A DNA stretch of 39,649 nt from Acanthaster planci. Taxonomy: Eukaryota. Below the pieces are notes generated by a model that saw only the letters and a program-made list of their open reading frames with translations, ran no database searches and was not told where the DNA came from. Position 1 is the first letter of the stretch; every line of letters begins with the position of its first letter. The position numbers were made by a program, and so were the translations under genes. Positions 36,601-39,649 of this stretch are shown here, one piece after another. The stretch is taken from NCBI RefSeq assembly GCF_001949145.1, contig NW_019091356.1, positions 4,880,934 to 4,920,582 on the forward strand. Direction: 5' to 3'.

Positions 36601-39600
36601 CGAATGCGGTGGTAAGATCATTCAAGTAAGATGGTCACAGTTTATTCAACTTTATTGCACGCAAAGTGTCTCTAATTAATTAATTCTCCAAACTCTCTGC
36701 AGAGTGTGTCTGTCAGAATAATTTCACCTGCACAGAGATTTGCCAGTGTGTACCGATCCGCCTTGTTTGTGATGGTATTCCTCAATGCACTGATCAATCC
36801 GATGAGTCTGGTCTTTTGTGTGAAGGTGAGCAGGAGCAAGATTTCCTCCATTTAGGCAGAACAAGGAGAGCAAGTTCTTGTTGTAGCTTTTCTAACAATT
36901 TGCTTCCTGATTCAACTTTAGACAGCATTCTTCACCATCTTTTCAGTACAATGACTCCAGTAGGCCGTTCAAGCTTAATCTTGAATCTACAGTTATCTCA
37001 AAACCAAAAACAAGCTTTTGTTTCTGTGCTTGCTATTCAGATGCAGCATAGATTGTACTGAGACAAAATTCTCTAGATTTTTCTGCAGGACTGTCAGTAG
37101 ATTTAAATGATGTTACATGCTAGTTTACATACAAAATTGCTTGCCTTGATCTACGTGTATGAACCAATAACTATACGGTCAAGTATCTAGGATTTGGGTG
37201 GTTGGCAGGCAAAATAGATGTTTCTCTCTAGAAATTACGGTCTATGATTTGAAACATTCGATATTTACCCCGACCCCCGAAAATTTTTTTAAAAGGTGTC
37301 GGAAGTGTTAGCGCTTTCAATTCCTAAAAATTAAAAAGATTTTAACATTTGCGCAAAGTATTGAGGGGTTACCCCTTCCTCTTCGATACGCCACCGGAAG
37401 TTAAGATTGCTATGGAAAGACTGGCAGTTGGGAAATAAAGATTTCTAATAATACGCAATTTCAATCATTGTCTTCACAGCTTGCAAGTATCATTTGTGTG
37501 ATTCTGGTGAATGCATCACATTTGATAAGCTGTGCGACGAGGTGCATGATTGCAAGAATGGGGAAGATGAAAAAGGCTGCCAACAGTCAAGTAAGAACGA
37601 GCGGCGTATCCAGCTTTGGGTGTTCGGGGGAAGAAGGCAAAGTCAAAAGCCAATGTGGCTTCGGGATCATTCAACATGACCCTGGGGAGAAAAAATATCA
37701 AAAAGCCTCCCTTGCAGTCCCAACATCCTTGCTTTTATTTAGTAGTGTTTCGTCTTTGGGTTTTGGTGCTAATAGTTGGTAAGTAAATATACCGATCACT
37801 TTCTAACCTGCGAAGTATTCTTTGTAAAATAAATACAATAATATAAATTGAATAATATAAAGTGGAAGTTGCCCCACACCCCGCCCCGCCCCCCTGCTGG
37901 ATATGTCACTGGTAAGAACTTAAATTCTTATATTGAGAACAGGGGCCAATTTCATAGAGCTGCTTAAGCACAAAATTTGCTTAAGCGCGAAAAAATATTG
38001 CTTGATAAATCAGTTAAATCTGCCAAAATTCCATGTGATGTATATTGTTTTGGGATTATAGTTAGCTGTTTTTTGGTTAGCATGACATTCAGATAGAGCT
38101 TCAACTGGTAAACTTTGTTTATTAAGCAAAGTTTTGTGCTTAAGCAGCTCTGAGAAATTGGCCCTAGGCCAAATTGGATCGAGTCGCTTAGCAAGAAAGT
38201 TTTACAATATCTATTTGCTGAAATTGTTTTTTTACCTAGTACGCTTCTATCCTCCATGTCAAGCATGTGCTTGCAAGAAAACAGGCTTCTATCCAAAAGT
38301 GGCCCTATTTTCTGTTATTCATGACTAGTACTAGCCTGACTTTTGCTCCACTCAAAAATTTACTGGGATTTGTGAGATATACAAGCCATTCAGACTAAAA
38401 GCACATATGGGTTGAAACAGGAACAGTTATTTTTTGTGATTCAACGAAATTTCAGGAAATGTAAATTGTTTACTGATGCTTGATTTAGCTCCCGTACCAG
38501 ACTGTTCAGACTTCACCTGTGAAAACGGCATGTGTATTCCTGAACTGTACGTCTGCGATCGTTCCGATGACTGTGGTGATGGTTCAGACGAAGCTCAATG
38601 TAGGTTTTAATCCATATTTATTTAGTTTCTATTTAGTTTGATAATGTAAAGGAAGTCATGAAAATGTAAAGGAGGTCATGAAAACAAACACTATGATGAA
38701 ATAATTTGTCTCATTCCCCTTCTAGGTGGATCTGATATAATTCCTCCTACGTCAGGTAAGAACATTTCACAATCACGGAAAAGAAACGGATCAGGTAATC
38801 TGTGCACATAAATGCAATTTTGCTTTCGAGATGAAAATACCTCACCTTTAACAAATCAATCAAGTCATAATGTGATTTATTGAAAAAGCTGTTTTGTAAA
38901 ATTACAAAATGCCACCGAAAAAAGAAGCAAGATGAAAATGAAACAGAATTTAGTATACGTTTATAATTCCAACCTCATTGGGAAAACAAAAAAGTAAAGT
39001 TTATCCATTTTACTTTGCCCAAAGTAAATTCAAAACTTTAAGCAAAAAAAGAAAATGACTTCTACCATTTTGTTTTCAAAATAACGATGTAGTATTGTTT
39101 GTTCATTCGTCCAATTGTTTCGTATTTCGAAGAAGGTTTCACTTCAGCAACACCTGCAGTGAATCAATCCCGCATGACGATTCCGACGATATCGACAACG
39201 ATGCCTCCCCACTTAACCTCTTCAGCTGCAACATTTCCAAAAGGTACATCCCATGTTCTAAAAATGAAAATTTCAAATAAATGTTGCCGTGTTTGAACTT
39301 AAAAACGTTAAAATTGATCTCAAAATAATATAACGTTTTGTTTCTCCCCATCGAGTAGTTTTGAAAATCTAACCACCTGTTCTGTAAGCAAACGCACTGA
39401 GCAGGAAATTTTATTTCAAAAACAATGAACAAGAATTTGTCCACCATTCAAAACGTTCTACAATACAACTTTCACCAACCCTGCTTCCATGAACAAGCCG
39501 GTTTTTTTTCTGCATCCTAGAAATACAACACAAGATATGCATTTCCTTTATACATTTTGAAAAAACAGAAATAACGACGGTAACGCAAGCAATTCCACAG

Positions 39601-39649
39601 CTGCAAACCGTTCCCACCAAAGTAAAAGAAACCACGACAACTCTGGTGG
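24546..39649 (+). CDS. SSPO: SCO-spondin-like gene B, 3'-truncated by the window
   Basis: Hand-spliced exons: 24546-24616, 25014-25190, 25710-25795, 26079-26180, 26404-26439, 26635-26816, 27012-27111, 27281-27439, 27657-27736, 27930-28052, 28253-28406, 28626-28872, 29279-29417, 29508-29801, 29949-30354, 30716-30956, 31160-31352, 31578-31672, 31771-31817, 31914-32252, 32469-32671, 32987-33114, 33301-33410, 33749-33895, 34460-34553, 34726-34772, 35141-35260, 35728-35841, 35989-36111, 36486-36611, 36703-36825, 37480-37590, 38489-38599, 38726-38755, ~39133-39243, 39569->39649. Signal peptide-EMI-(VWD-C8-TIL)x3-LDLa array is the SCO-spondin N-terminal architecture. The symbol means SSPO-like. Confidence 0.88.
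25014..26439 (+). CDS. Gene B exons: EMI-like domain, EGF-like domain, acidic micro-exon
   Basis: [39 protein letters not shown] (EMI-type CCxGW end), [30 protein letters not shown] (EGF, 26079-26180), [12 protein letters not shown] (26404-26439). Confidence 0.8.
26635..28872 (+). CDS. Gene B exons: VWD1-C8-TIL
   Basis: [45 protein letters not shown]8 [52 protein letters not shown]. Confidence 0.92.
29007..29182. mobile_element. Palindromic (foldback) MITE
   Basis: Arms tcacaatagtgc..gagtttgcaacgc.ttggccaatc..gtcgac (29019-29084) and gtcgac..gattggccaacgcgttgcaaactc..gcactattgtga (29105-29170) around a 20-nt loop. Outer aatacg/cgtatt include a possible TA TSD. Confidence 0.85.
29279..31817 (+). 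CDS. Gene B exons: VWD2-C8-TIL-TIL
   Basis: [47 protein letters not shown]8 ([17 protein letters not shown]); TILs [18 protein letters not shown] and [18 protein letters not shown]. Confidence 0.92.
31914..34772 (+). CDS. Gene B exons: VWD3-C8-TIL-TILa
   Basis: [68 protein letters not shown]8 [41 protein letters not shown]. Confidence 0.93.
34071..34289. mobile_element. Degenerate MITE-like insertion with TA termini
   Basis: tatctggttcataagt (34071-34086) pairs 13/16 with actaacgaaccggata (34274-34289). Interior is CpG-rich relative to the intron. Confidence 0.5.
35141..38755 (+). CDS. Gene B exons: seven tandem LDLa repeats
   Basis: One per exon, each with CD-x3-(D)C-x3-(S)DE-type motifs: 35141-35260, 35728-35841, 35989-36111, 36486-36611, 36703-36825, 37480-37590, 38489-38599. 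The last Cys codon is split onto micro-exon 38726-38755. Confidence 0.9.
37599..37911. mobile_element. hAT-like MITE with 8-bp target-site duplication
   Basis: Flanked by identical gtaagaac at 37591-37598 and 37912-37919. Imperfect TIRs gagcggcgtatccagc / gctggatatgtcactg (12/16). Confidence 0.8.
37943..38164. mobile_element. MITE with ~40-bp TIRs (Tourist/PIF-Harbinger-like)
   Basis: gggccaatttcatagagctgcttaagcacaaaatttgcttaa versus ttaagcaaagttttgtgcttaagcagctctgagaaattggccc; 3-bp flanks cag/tag. The superfamily call is inference. Confidence 0.85.
39133..39649 (+). CDS. Gene B exons: start of a Thr/Pro-rich (mucin-like) region
   Basis: [37 protein letters not shown] (acceptor ambiguous, donor at 39243) and [27 protein letters not shown] from 39569 to the window end. 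Supported only by phase and composition. Confidence 0.55.

Overview
Intron-rich animal genomic DNA, most likely an invertebrate deuterostome such as an echinoderm (inferred from gene and repeat families), with three N gaps. Three protein-coding genes lie on the + strand. (1) The 3' part (<53..20309) of a SCO-spondin-like gene A: TIL, 7 LDLa, two giant Thr/Pro/Tyr-rich mucin-like repeat exons flanking an F5/8 type C (discoidin) domain, 7 TSP1, TIL/VWC modules and a C-terminal cystine knot. (2) A class A GPCR with an intronless CDS (22370..23371). (3) The 5' part (24546..>39649) of a second SCO-spondin-like paralogue B: signal peptide, EMI-like, EGF, three VWD-C8-TIL units, 7 LDLa and the start of a Thr-rich region. 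Six consecutive exons of A and B are homologous and share intron phases, so the genes are tandem duplicates that diverged after the third LDLa. Introns carry several non-autonomous DNA transposons: a HINE/Helentron-like element, palindromic MITEs, and a hAT-like MITE whose 8-bp TSD duplicates a splice donor. Exon boundaries were read by hand from GT/AG sites and frame continuity; no database search was run. No prokaryotic-type system, RNA gene or CRISPR array was seen.
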